Below are positions 8,183 to 16,180 of a DNA stretch of 32,000 bases, in pieces. How positions within the stretch are numbered: position 1 is the stretch's first letter; each line of letters starts with the position of its first letter. The notes under the pieces are model-generated. The model saw only the letters and a list, made by a program, of their open reading frames with translations. It searched no databases and was not told where the DNA came from. Source of the DNA: Synechococcus elongatus PCC 6301 (GTDB taxonomy: Bacteria > Cyanobacteriota > Cyanobacteriia > Synechococcales > Synechococcaceae). Position numbers and translations under genes: made by a program. The DNA is taken from positions 2,348,051-2,380,050 of the forward strand of contig NC_006576.1 in the NCBI RefSeq assembly GCF_000010065.1, read 5' to 3'.

Positions 8183-9475
8183 TCAGGATATCAGTGACTG
8201 TAGAACCTGCTGGATCTGTTGCTGAACTTGTCCATCAGCAAAAGCCTGGATTTGCTGTGTGGCTCGCGAGCGTAACTCTGACAGCTGAGCAGGATAGCAA
8301 CCCAATTGAATTAGTTGATCAGCAACTTCGAGGGGATGCTGAGGATTCGCATAGGTGGCCGCAGCCCCCATCACTTCACGCAAAACGGGAATATTGGCTA
8401 AGAGGCTTGAGCGTCCACAGAGGGCAGCTTCAATCATGGGAATTCCGAAGCCTTCCTGCCATGAAAGGAACGTTAAGGCACGACAATGGCGCAACAGACA
8501 AATTTTCTCTGCTTCAGTGAGATAGCCAGTCCAAAGAATCTGATCAGTCGAACGAGATCGTTGCTGCAACTGCTGGGCATAGTCTTGCGTATGAACATCT
8601 GCTGTCCCGCCAATCACCAGAGGTAACTGAGTTCTAAGGACAGCTACCTGTTGAGCAGCGATCAGCGTTTCTAAGTTTTTGCGAGGTTCGATCGCTCCAA
8701 CAAAGAAAAAATAGCGATCGCGTTCTAATCCATAGCGTCGGAGAACTGCGGCTGCGAAGTCAGGGCGATCGGTAAGGGCGAGGGCTTCTGCTGAAAAACT
8801 GACAGGCTGATAAAGGGTTAGTGTTCGGGATTCCGCCTGTGGGAACAACTCGAGGAATTGCTGGCGAGTCGTTTCAGACAGACAAATGATGCGATCGCTA
8901 TAATCTGCGGTTGCTTGTAATCGTCTGAGAAAGGTCACTGCTTCATCGGGATGTCGTAAATAGTTTAAGGGAATTAAATCGTGAATGACTTGAATCAGTC
9001 GGCTACTTGAGGACACTCTAAGATTTAACGGTGAGCTGGTTAGGACGACAGGATAGTTCTTAGTCTTAAGAAAGAAAGGGCGATCGCTGATTTTTGCCTG
9101 TAGTCGTAACTTGCGATAGAAAAATGGATGATTGATGAGTTGATCAATCTGCTGAAGATATTGGATGCGATCGCCAATGATTAAGTTTGAATCTACTTTG
9201 ATTGGTGTTTGCCGCGATCGCCCTAGTCGCTCAGCAAAGTAAGACTGCGCGAGCTGAATCCGTGACCAGTTAGACGGTTGATCAAGATGGCGATGGAGAC
9301 TTAGGCTAGCCAAACGGCCCTGCGCTAAACCTCCTGCACCTGTCAATAGATGGAGGGGGTAACCACTCTGGTGCAGTAGGCGAATCATCGCCTTCGCATA
9401 GGTTGCAATCCCTCGATGGATTGGCCCCTCTAGATCGAGTCCATAGGCTAGAAGTAGAGGAGGGAAATTAGTCAT
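8183..9475 (-). CDS. Glycosyltransferase family 4 (GT-B fold, retaining)
   Basis: The C-terminal GT4 core is FFFVGAIEPRKNLETLI...LTFLSWQEGFGIPMIEAALCG (E-x7-E motif). The ORF-track start at 9478 is TTG and is immediately followed by ATG at 9475. Confidence 0.8.
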   Translation of the reverse strand: MTNFPPLLLAYGLDLEGPIHRGIATYAKAMIRLLHQSGYPLHLLTGAGGLAQGRLASLSLHRHLDQPSNWSRIQLAQSYFAERLGRSRQTPIKVDSNLIIGDRIQYLQQIDQLINHPFFYRKLRLQAKISDRPFFLKTKNYPVVLTSSPLNLRVSSSSRLIQVIHDLIPLNYLRHPDEAVTFLRRLQATADYSDRIICLSETTRQQFLELFPQAESRTLTLYQPVSFSAEALALTDRPDFAAAVLRRYGLERDRYFFFVGAIEPRKNLETLIAAQQVAVLRTQLPLVIGGTADVHTQDYAQQLQQRSRSTDQILWTGYLTEAEKICLLRHCRALTFLSWQEGFGIPMIEAALCGRSSLLANIPVLREVMGAAATYANPQHPLEVADQLIQLGCYPAQLSELRSRATQQIQAFADGQVQQQIQQVLQSLIS

Positions 9476-9527
9476 CAAAATACTTGTGCTTGGTACTAAA
9501 ATTGGTTGCTAGACTATCACTAAATAT

Positions 9528-11582
9528 TCAAAAAAGATTCGCTTGAACTTGCGTTCTTCCTTGAATTGAGTTCAGGATCTGCTTAGCTTGTGCCATTAAG
9601 CCTTGTAGATAGGGATGGTCTAAGTCAATCGCTTGCCAATCTTGCCCAGACTTCTGAATCTTTGCTTGCTGGCGATTGCAATCAATTCTGAGAATCGATC
9701 CTTCTGCGTTTGTTAATCGCCAAATTGTTGAGTTGGCAATAGTTTCAGTGGTGAGTTGATAGGTGCGATCGCCATATAAAAAAGTGATCGAATCTAACTC
9801 TTGGCTCAAACGAATGCCAGCAATTTCCAGTTGGAGTTCGCGACGATCGTTCCAGATGTTTTCGCGCAGGTAATAGGCGACATCCACTCGATCCTCGGGA
9901 ACGGGGCGATCGCCCCACCGCCAGTAGACAGCTGTCACCTTGGACTGTCCGTCGCTCAACGTCAGCTTGAGATGCTCTTGACCGTTGCCCATCCGGCGCT
10001 GATCGAGAATGGCCAAATTTTTGGCCCAGTAGAGCGGCTCATCATTGGCAATGCCAAAAGGCTGGAGCTGCTGTTGCTGCTCAAACAAGTTCAGGCTTGC
10101 CAGAGCGATCGGCAATTCTGCATCAATCTGGATGGCTGGACGCCGACAGTCCACCGGTAAACAGTCAGCTGCAAAGGCTTCCAGGCGCGATCGCCAAGCT
10201 GAGAGATTCTCAGCCGACAACGAAAAGCCACCAGCAGCTCGATGCCCGCCAAAGCGACCGAGTACATCGCGGCAATGTTCCAGCGCAGCAAAGACGTCAA
10301 ATTCAGGGGTGCCTCGGGCGGACCCCCGCAGATGCCCGTCCTCTTCGTAGCTAGAAATGAACACGGGTACCCCGTAACGCTCCACCAAGCGGGAGGCCAC
10401 AATGCCAATCACGCCATGATGCCAATTGGGCTGTGCCAAGACCAGTACCGCAGTCTGGCGATTATCAAAGCCCTCTGCCTCAACGATTGCGATCGCTTCC
10501 TCTGTAATCCGATCGCAGAGCCCGCGCCGCTCTTGGTTGGTCACCTCGCAAATCCCAGCCAATTCTTGGGCGCGATCGCGGTCTTCGGTGGTCAGCAGCT
10601 CAATCACCACCTGCGGATCGCCAATTCGACCGATCGCATTGATCCGAGGGCCGAGCTTAAAGCCAATATCCTCAGGTTTAAGGCTGCGATCGCTGGTCTT
10701 GACGCCTGCCGCCTCCATGAGGGCTTGCACACCCACCAGTTGGGACTGAGGCAAGAGCCGGAGTCCACGCTGGAGCCAGCGGCGATTCACCCCCGTGAGC
10801 GGAGCGAGATCGGCGATCGTGCCGAGGGTATAGAGCTCTAGTAGCGGGCGAATCAGTTCTGCTTGGCGATTGAACTGCTCCGCCACACAGAGTGCTAACA
10901 CGTAAGCAACACCGACACCCGCTAGTCCGTGATAAGGCGACTCTTCCGGGAGAAGTTTGGGATTAAGAATGGCGTTAGCAGGCGGCAATTCTGGTGGGAG
11001 ATCGTGGTGATCGGTAACAATCACCGTCAGCCCCAACTCGCGGGCTCGAGCGATCGGTTGATAGGCGGCAATGCCGTTATCGACGGTCAGCACCACTCGG
11101 ACGCCAGAAGCCGCAAACTCTTCGACAATCCGCTCGTTAATGCCGTAGCCTTCCTGCATCCGGCTAGGAATGGCGTACTCTGCCTTGGCTCCCAACTGGC
11201 GAAAGGTGCGCAGTAGTAAGGCAGTACTGGTCATACCATCGGCATCGTAGTCGCCGCAGATGGCAATGCGATCGCCGCTGCGAATCGCTTTCTCAAGCAG
11301 CAGCACGCTCTCGACGAGGTCTTCAAATTCCTCGCGAGGATCCGGTAATTCTTGCTGCTCTGGCTTCAGGTAATCCCTTGCGTCAGCGATCGCACCGAGC
11401 CCTCGGTTGATCAGCACTTGCGCCAATACGGGCGGCAGATTGAGCGCAGTTGCCAGCACCGTTGCTTGAGAACTGCTAGGTGCAAGGATCCAACGCTGCT
11501 CGGGCAAAGGGGTCGCCGCTTGGGCCGGTAGACTGATCAAGACCTCGGTTCCAATTCGCTTCTCAATTGTAGGGAGACTCAA
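9528..11582 (-). CDS. recJ: Single-stranded-DNA-specific exonuclease RecJ
   Basis: DHH motifs are present (IAICGDYDADGMTSTALL, LTVDNGI, VIVTDHH) along with DHHA1 (GGHRAAGGFSL) and an OB-fold-like region. A further ~95-aa AT-rich tail follows. The start is uncertain: TTG at 11582 is the first start codon, and in-frame TTG codons further downstream are alternatives. Confidence 0.88.
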   Translation of the reverse strand: MSLPTIEKRIGTEVLISLPAQAATPLPEQRWILAPSSSQATVLATALNLPPVLAQVLINRGLGAIADARDYLKPEQQELPDPREEFEDLVESVLLLEKAIRSGDRIAICGDYDADGMTSTALLLRTFRQLGAKAEYAIPSRMQEGYGINERIVEEFAASGVRVVLTVDNGIAAYQPIARARELGLTVIVTDHHDLPPELPPANAILNPKLLPEESPYHGLAGVGVAYVLALCVAEQFNRQAELIRPLLELYTLGTIADLAPLTGVNRRWLQRGLRLLPQSQLVGVQALMEAAGVKTSDRSLKPEDIGFKLGPRINAIGRIGDPQVVIELLTTEDRDRAQELAGICEVTNQERRGLCDRITEEAIAIVEAEGFDNRQTAVLVLAQPNWHHGVIGIVASRLVERYGVPVFISSYEEDGHLRGSARGTPEFDVFAALEHCRDVLGRFGGHRAAGGFSLSAENLSAWRSRLEAFAADCLPVDCRRPAIQIDAELPIALASLNLFEQQQQLQPFGIANDEPLYWAKNLAILDQRRMGNGQEHLKLTLSDGQSKVTAVYWRWGDRPVPEDRVDVAYYLRENIWNDRRELQLEIAGIRLSQELDSITFLYGDRTYQLTTETIANSTIWRLTNAEGSILRIDCNRQQAKIQKSGQDWQAIDLDHPYLQGLMAQAKQILNSIQGRTQVQANLF

Positions 11583-11587
11583 TTTCC

Positions 11588-12355
11588 ATGCCTGCCTTGC
11601 AAGCTCTGATCTTTGATGTCGATGGCACCCTAGCCGAAACAGAACGAGATGGACACCGCATTGCCTTCAATCAAGCCTTCGCCGAAGCGGGTCTGGACTG
11701 GGATTGGACGCCGGAACTCTACGGCGAACTGCTGAAAATTACTGGCGGTAAAGAGCGAATTCGTCACTACCTCGATCGCTGGCAACCGGAAGCGCCGGAG
11801 GTTGAGGATCAAAAAGCCTGGATTGCTTCGCTGCACGCCGCCAAAAATGCTCGCTACCACGAACTTCTGCACGGTGGCCACATTGGTTTGCGGCCGGGTG
11901 TCGAACGCTTGCTGCTGGAAGCACGGGAGGCTGGTCTGACCCTTGCGATCGCCACCACCACCACACCAGAGAATGTTCTCACCCTGCTGCGCTGCACCCT
12001 GGGCGAGGAGAGCATCGGCTGGTTTGCTGCGATCGGGGCCGGCGATGTGGTGCCTGCTAAAAAACCAGCACCAGATATCTACACCCACGTGCTCAAGGAA
12101 CTGCAACTGGAGCCAGAGGTTTGTCTCGCCTTTGAAGATACCGCTGCTGGTCTAAAGTCCGCTTCTGGTGCTGACCTAGCAACCTTTATCACCCAGGGTT
12201 ACTACAGCCGCGACCATGACTTTACCGGCGCGATCGCGGTGCTGGATGGCCTTGGCCATGAAGAAGAACCCTGTCAGGTGATCAGCGGGCCGGACTACCT
12301 TGCCCCAGCGGTTCGCCTAGAAGCCCTAGTGGAACTCCACGCCAGCCAAGCATGA
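11588..12355 (+). CDS. cbbY: HAD-superfamily phosphatase of the CbbY type (xylulose-1,5-bisphosphate phosphatase family)
   Basis: LIFDVDGTLAETERDGHRIAFNQAFAEAGLDWDWTPELYGELLKITGGKERI closely resembles CbbY N-termini. The HAD motifs DVDGT and EDTAAG are present. Confidence 0.8.
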   Translation: MPALQALIFDVDGTLAETERDGHRIAFNQAFAEAGLDWDWTPELYGELLKITGGKERIRHYLDRWQPEAPEVEDQKAWIASLHAAKNARYHELLHGGHIGLRPGVERLLLEAREAGLTLAIATTTTPENVLTLLRCTLGEESIGWFAAIGAGDVVPAKKPAPDIYTHVLKELQLEPEVCLAFEDTAAGLKSASGADLATFITQGYYSRDHDFTGAIAVLDGLGHEEEPCQVISGPDYLAPAVRLEALVELHASQA

Positions 12356-12873
12356 GCGCCGTTTACACTCTCGCGGAACTGCAAGCAGCGATCGCGGCGG
12401 AGCCCGATCGCTGGCGACCGCTGGTGCTGACCAACGGCTGCTTCGATCTGCTCCATGCCGGCCATGTGCGCTATCTGCAGGCAGCCCGGAACTTGGGGCG
12501 ATCCTTGGTAATCGGCCTCAACAGTGATGCTTCGGTACGGGGCATCAAACCCCAACCCGAGGGGCAACCGCCCCGCCCGATCGTGCCGGAACAGGAGCGG
12601 GCCGAAGTCCTAGCCGCCTTGGGTGCCGTCGATGCCGTTGTCCTATTCAATGAGCCGACTGCGACGGAATTGATTCAGGCCTTGCAGCCCGAAATCTACG
12701 CCAAAGGGGGAGACTATAGAATTGAGTCGCTACCCGAAGCGCCTGCAGTCCAGAGCTATGGCGGTGCCATTCAACTGATTGCTGTTGAAGTCCCCAGCTC
12801 CACGTCTGCCTTGATTGCGCGAATTCGGGGCGAGTCGGCTGATTCGCTGATCAAATCCAGTACCTCGCGCTGA
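12352..12873 (+). CDS. Cytidylyltransferase-fold nucleotidyltransferase resembling HldE/RfaE domain II (heptose-1-phosphate adenylyltransferase-like), stand-alone
   Basis: LTNGCFDLLHAGHVRYLQAARNLGRSLVIGLNSDASVR...AKGGDY parallels the E. coli HldE C-terminal domain (MTNGVFDILHAGHVSYL...VNSDAS...VKGGDY). Its ATG overlaps the cbbY stop as ATGA (12352-12355). Confidence 0.75.
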   Translation: MSAVYTLAELQAAIAAEPDRWRPLVLTNGCFDLLHAGHVRYLQAARNLGRSLVIGLNSDASVRGIKPQPEGQPPRPIVPEQERAEVLAALGAVDAVVLFNEPTATELIQALQPEIYAKGGDYRIESLPEAPAVQSYGGAIQLIAVEVPSSTSALIARIRGESADSLIKSSTSR

Positions 12874-13592
12874 TGACTTCGTCTTTGTCTTCCCCCGGGC
12901 TCGATCTTGAACAGTTGCGTCAGCGACTCCGCAGTAAAAGCGATCGCCCGCGACGGCAAGCCATCACCCAGTTATTGAGCTTGGGTGAGCCCGGCATCGA
13001 AGTTCTCAAAGACTATCTGCAAGATTGCCGCGATCGCGGCTTTGATTGGGTCGCGGGCACGATTTTTCGGGAGCTACTGGCCCTGCAGGATGAAGCGATC
13101 GCGCTTTACCTCGCGGAAGCTTTTCCCTTTGGGTTGCTCTACCTGCCCTCGGAAAAAGGCATCGACTACCAGCCAATTCAAGACGCGCTGATCGAAGGGG
13201 ACTGGCAGGAGGCCGATCGCCTGACCACGGTCAAACTCTGTGAACTAGCGGGAACGGCTGCCAAAACCCGTAAATGGCTCTACTACACGGAAGTTCTGAA
13301 TTTTCCGCGACTGGATCTGGAGACGATCGACAAACTCTGGCGGGTCTACTCCGAGGATAAATTTGGCTTCTCAGTCCAGCGCGAACTCTGGCTGAGCGTC
13401 GATCGCGTCTGGGAGCAACTCTGGCCTCGCATCGGCTGGAAGCAAGGCAACATCTGGACGCGCTATCCCGGCGCCTTTACTTGGAGTGTGGAAGCACCCC
13501 GTGGGCATTTGCCGCTGACCAACCAATTACGTGGGGCGCGGGTGATGGCAGCGCTGCTAGAGCATCCGGCCTTTTCCGAGCCGCAACCCTAG
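12873..13592 (+). CDS. gun4: GUN4, Mg-chelatase activator / porphyrin-binding protein
   Basis: The match to the Synechocystis Gun4 core runs the full length: GIDYQPIQDAL...DKLCELAG...WLYYTEV..FP..DL.TID.LW...FGFSVQRELW...WPRIGWK.GN.WTRYP..FTW...APRGHLPL.NQLRG. Its ATG shares 1 nt with the upstream stop (TGATG at 12871-12875). Confidence 0.88.
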   Translation: MTSSLSSPGLDLEQLRQRLRSKSDRPRRQAITQLLSLGEPGIEVLKDYLQDCRDRGFDWVAGTIFRELLALQDEAIALYLAEAFPFGLLYLPSEKGIDYQPIQDALIEGDWQEADRLTTVKLCELAGTAAKTRKWLYYTEVLNFPRLDLETIDKLWRVYSEDKFGFSVQRELWLSVDRVWEQLWPRIGWKQGNIWTRYPGAFTWSVEAPRGHLPLTNQLRGARVMAALLEHPAFSEPQP

Positions 13593-13774
13593 CCGTTCTG
13601 GCAGTGGATTGTGCCAAGTTGCAATCGCTCTGTTAACGAACTGCCGAGCTTGTACCCCTCTGGGGTAGGCTATCTCTTAGCTCGTGCGCAACCGAGCCAT
13701 CGGGATGCCTGAGGCAAGCTGCGGCGGCGTTCTGAACCATTGCTCTCAATCTCGTCCAGGAGGTCTACAAGGGA

Positions 13775-14185
13775 ATGAAACAACTTGCACAGCGACTGTT
13801 CTCCTTGGCGCTTGTGCTGGCGCTTGTGCTGGGTATTTCCGTGCAGTCTGCACAAGCACTGTCTCTTCAATCGCCCCTGCTAGCGGTCGCCGAAGCAGAG
13901 ATTCGTAACGAAGCTGATGCTCAGCGGATCGAAGCTGGCGGCAAACTCGACCTCAACAACATTGGGGTTCGGGCATTCCAACAGTTTCCGGGAATGTACC
14001 CCTACCTCGCCAGCAAAATTGTTCTGGGTGGCCCTTACGACTCCGTGGATGATGTGCTGAAGCTCGATCTCAGCGATCGCCAACGGGAAGTCTTCGAGCA
14101 GTACAAAGAGAACTTCACCGTTACTCCTCCCCGCGACGCCCTCAACGAAGGGGATGACCGGATCAACAACGGCATCTATCGCTAA
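13775..14185 (+). CDS. psbU: Photosystem II 12 kDa extrinsic protein PsbU (precursor with signal peptide)
   Basis: A signal peptide is followed by KLDLNNIGVRAFQQFPGMYPYLASKIVLGGPYDSVDDVLKL...NNGIYR, which is characteristic of PsbU. GGAGG lies 12 nt upstream of the ATG. Confidence 0.92.
   Translation: MKQLAQRLFSLALVLALVLGISVQSAQALSLQSPLLAVAEAEIRNEADAQRIEAGGKLDLNNIGVRAFQQFPGMYPYLASKIVLGGPYDSVDDVLKLDLSDRQREVFEQYKENFTVTPPRDALNEGDDRINNGIYR
13807..13830 (+). repeat. Perfect in-frame tandem duplication (2 x 12 bp, GGCGCTTGTGCT) inside the psbU signal-peptide h-region
   Basis: 13807-13818 is identical to 13819-13830. The repeat encodes LALV-LALV. Confidence 0.9.
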
Positions 14186-14206
14186 GGCCTCGTCCCTGGG
14201 TTTGTA

Positions 14207-14241
14207 AGCTCGCAGCGGTCGAAGTCGCTGCGGGCTTTTCT
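14207..14241 (+). terminator. Rho-independent terminator of psbU
   Basis: AGCTCGCAGCG (14207-14217) pairs with CGCTGCGGGCT (14226-14236), including one G-U pair, around an 8-nt loop. TTTTCTGT follows. Confidence 0.7.
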
Positions 14242-14272
14242 GTAGCTTGATCCCTTTGCCAACGCCCTGCCT

Positions 14273-15925
14273 TTGTCTGACTCTGCTGCGCCTGCTGCCG
14301 GTTCCACCGCCTACGACGTGATCATCGTCGGTGCCGGTGCGGCTGGCCTCTACACCGGTCTCTGCCTGCCGTCCCATTATCGGGTGGCAATTCTCAGTAA
14401 GGATCTGCCGCAGCGATCGGCCAGTGACTGGGCGCAGGGGGGCTTGGCGGCAGTGACAGCTCCAGATGATTCAGCCGATTTGCACTACGCTGACACCCTT
14501 AAAGCGGGTGCAGACCTCTGTGAACCGGCAGCGGTCCGCTTGCTGGTTGAGTCGGCTCCACGTTGTGTGGCTTCGCTGCTTGAACTGGGGGTTGCCTTCG
14601 ATCGCACGAACGATCATCTGGCCTTGACCCTGGAGGCCGCTCATTCCCGCCATCGGGTGTTGCACGCGGCTGACACCACGGGGCGGGCGATCGTGACGAC
14701 GCTGCTTGAGCAAGTTCTGCAGCGCCCCAATCTTGAAATTTTGGCTCAGAGCCTGGCAGTTGACCTTTGGCGCGATCGCGAGGGTCACTGCTGTGGTCTC
14801 TTGCTCCTGCAAGGTCAGCAGCTACGCTGGCTAGCTGCCCGCGCCGTCATTCTGGCTTGTGGCGGTGGGGGGCAAGTCTTCTCGCAGACGACCAATCCAG
14901 CTTTGAGCACCGGCGATGGCGTGGCTTTGGCAGGCCGAGCAGGAGCGAAGCTGCGAGATCTCGAGTTTTTCCAATTCCATCCGACTGCACTGGTTTGGCC
15001 GGGTGCACCGCGCTTTTTGATCAGTGAAGCAGTCCGGGGCGAAGGGGCTCATGTGGTGGATGCCCAGGGCGATCGCTTCCTGTTTCGCTACGACGATCGC
15101 GGCGAACTGGCACCCCGCGAAATTGTCAGCCGTGCTATCTACCGGCATTTACTAGAGACGGGTACGGAGCAGGTCTGGCTAGATTTGCGACCGATTCCGG
15201 CAGCGACCGTCGAGCATCGCTTCCCCAATATCTTGCAGAAGTGTCGCCGCTGGGGTTTGGATCCCCTCCAGCAACCGCTACCGATTGCGCCTGCTGCGCA
15301 CTACTGGATGGGTGGCGTCTACACCAATCTCAACGGCGCAACCACTTGTCCTGGCCTCTACGCCGTTGGCGAAACAGCTTGTACGGGCGTGCATGGAGCC
15401 AACCGCCTTGCCAGTAATTCCCTGCTGGAATGTTTGGTGTTTGGTCGTCAGTTTCAAAACCTGCAACTTCCTGCTGCGATCGCCGCTTCTAGTCGCCTCG
15501 ATTCAGTCCACCCATTAAGCGTGATGGGCGATCGCGATCGCTGGAAAAAGCAACGACAAGCGCTGCAGGATTTGGTCTGGAAAGCTGCAGGCATCTGTCG
15601 CGATGCCGATCGCTTGCAGGCGGCGTTAGCCCAGGTCGAAGTCTGGCAAGCCGACTTGGACGCTGAGCCCCTCAGTCAAGCAATCGCGGCGATTCCCCTG
15701 GGACAGACCCAGCAGCTAGACGGTCTAGACGCTGAAGCGCTGAGGGATTGGGGCGAACTGCGCAACCTCTTAGCGATCGCCCAGTTGATCCTCAAAAGCG
15801 CTGATTTCCGCACAGAAAGCCGGGGTGGTCACTACCGGAGCGACTACCCCAAATCCAATCCAGGTTGGCGAGTCCATACGGATGTTCAATCAGGCCGATG
15901 GGGCACGACCGCGATCGGGCCATGA
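14273..15925 (+). CDS. nadB: L-aspartate oxidase NadB
   Basis: The FAD dinucleotide fold is YDVIIVGAGAAGLY. Fumarate-reductase/aspartate-oxidase family motifs are present (AQGGLAA, FHPT, RGEGA, HYWMGG, GANRLASNSLLE, ESRGGHYR). The start is TTG at 14273, with an in-frame GTG at 14318 as an alternative. Confidence 0.9.
   Translation: MSDSAAPAAGSTAYDVIIVGAGAAGLYTGLCLPSHYRVAILSKDLPQRSASDWAQGGLAAVTAPDDSADLHYADTLKAGADLCEPAAVRLLVESAPRCVASLLELGVAFDRTNDHLALTLEAAHSRHRVLHAADTTGRAIVTTLLEQVLQRPNLEILAQSLAVDLWRDREGHCCGLLLLQGQQLRWLAARAVILACGGGGQVFSQTTNPALSTGDGVALAGRAGAKLRDLEFFQFHPTALVWPGAPRFLISEAVRGEGAHVVDAQGDRFLFRYDDRGELAPREIVSRAIYRHLLETGTEQVWLDLRPIPAATVEHRFPNILQKCRRWGLDPLQQPLPIAPAAHYWMGGVYTNLNGATTCPGLYAVGETACTGVHGANRLASNSLLECLVFGRQFQNLQLPAAIAASSRLDSVHPLSVMGDRDRWKKQRQALQDLVWKAAGICRDADRLQAALAQVEVWQADLDAEPLSQAIAAIPLGQTQQLDGLDAEALRDWGELRNLLAIAQLILKSADFRTESRGGHYRSDYPKSNPGWRVHTDVQSGRWGTTAIGP
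15528..15541. repeat. HIP1 (highly iterated palindrome GCGATCGC), here two overlapping copies, representative of ~90 copies across the window
   Basis: GCGATCGCGATCGC at 15528-15541. Other exact copies include 203-210, 1145-1152, 22493-22500 and 26304-26311. HIP1 abundance is a known signature of many cyanobacterial genomes. Confidence 0.9.
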
Positions 15926-15973
15926 GCAATCAGCCAGTCTTTCAGAATATTGGGCCCGTAGGCCACGCGATCG

Positions 15974-16180
15974 CTAGAGCCAAACGGCTAAACCCAAAAC
16001 ACTGATAAAGACGCCCAGCGTGATTAAGCCAATGATCGTCATCTTGCGTTCATGGCCATCGATTTCATGCTCGAGGGTCTTTTCCATGCCCTCACGGAAG
16101 CTGTCAAAGTATTGCTGCCGCAGCGCTTCCTGTTCTTCGGGGGTCTTTCCTTCGAGGTCTCGATAATGTTTTTGGGGCAC
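15974..16180 (-). CDS. Small (68 aa) tail-anchored membrane protein, hypothetical
   Basis: ATG start. A charged N-terminal half is followed by one C-terminal TM helix (MTIIGLITLGVFISVLGLAVWL). No family was recognised. Confidence 0.5.
   Translation of the reverse strand: MPQKHYRDLEGKTPEEQEALRQQYFDSFREGMEKTLEHEIDGHERKMTIIGLITLGVFISVLGLAVWL

Noticed and set aside
9801-10841. Several + strand ORFs (119, 101, 85, 199 and 107 aa) inside recJ
   Set aside because: All are antisense or out of frame to a RecJ CDS with complete DHH/DHHA1 motifs. They are Arg/Ser/Pro/Ala-rich low-complexity translations.
13880-14377. 165-aa ORF on the - strand opposite psbU
   Set aside because: It overlaps the well-supported psbU CDS, its terminator and the nadB start. 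No family resemblance was found. Shadow ORF.
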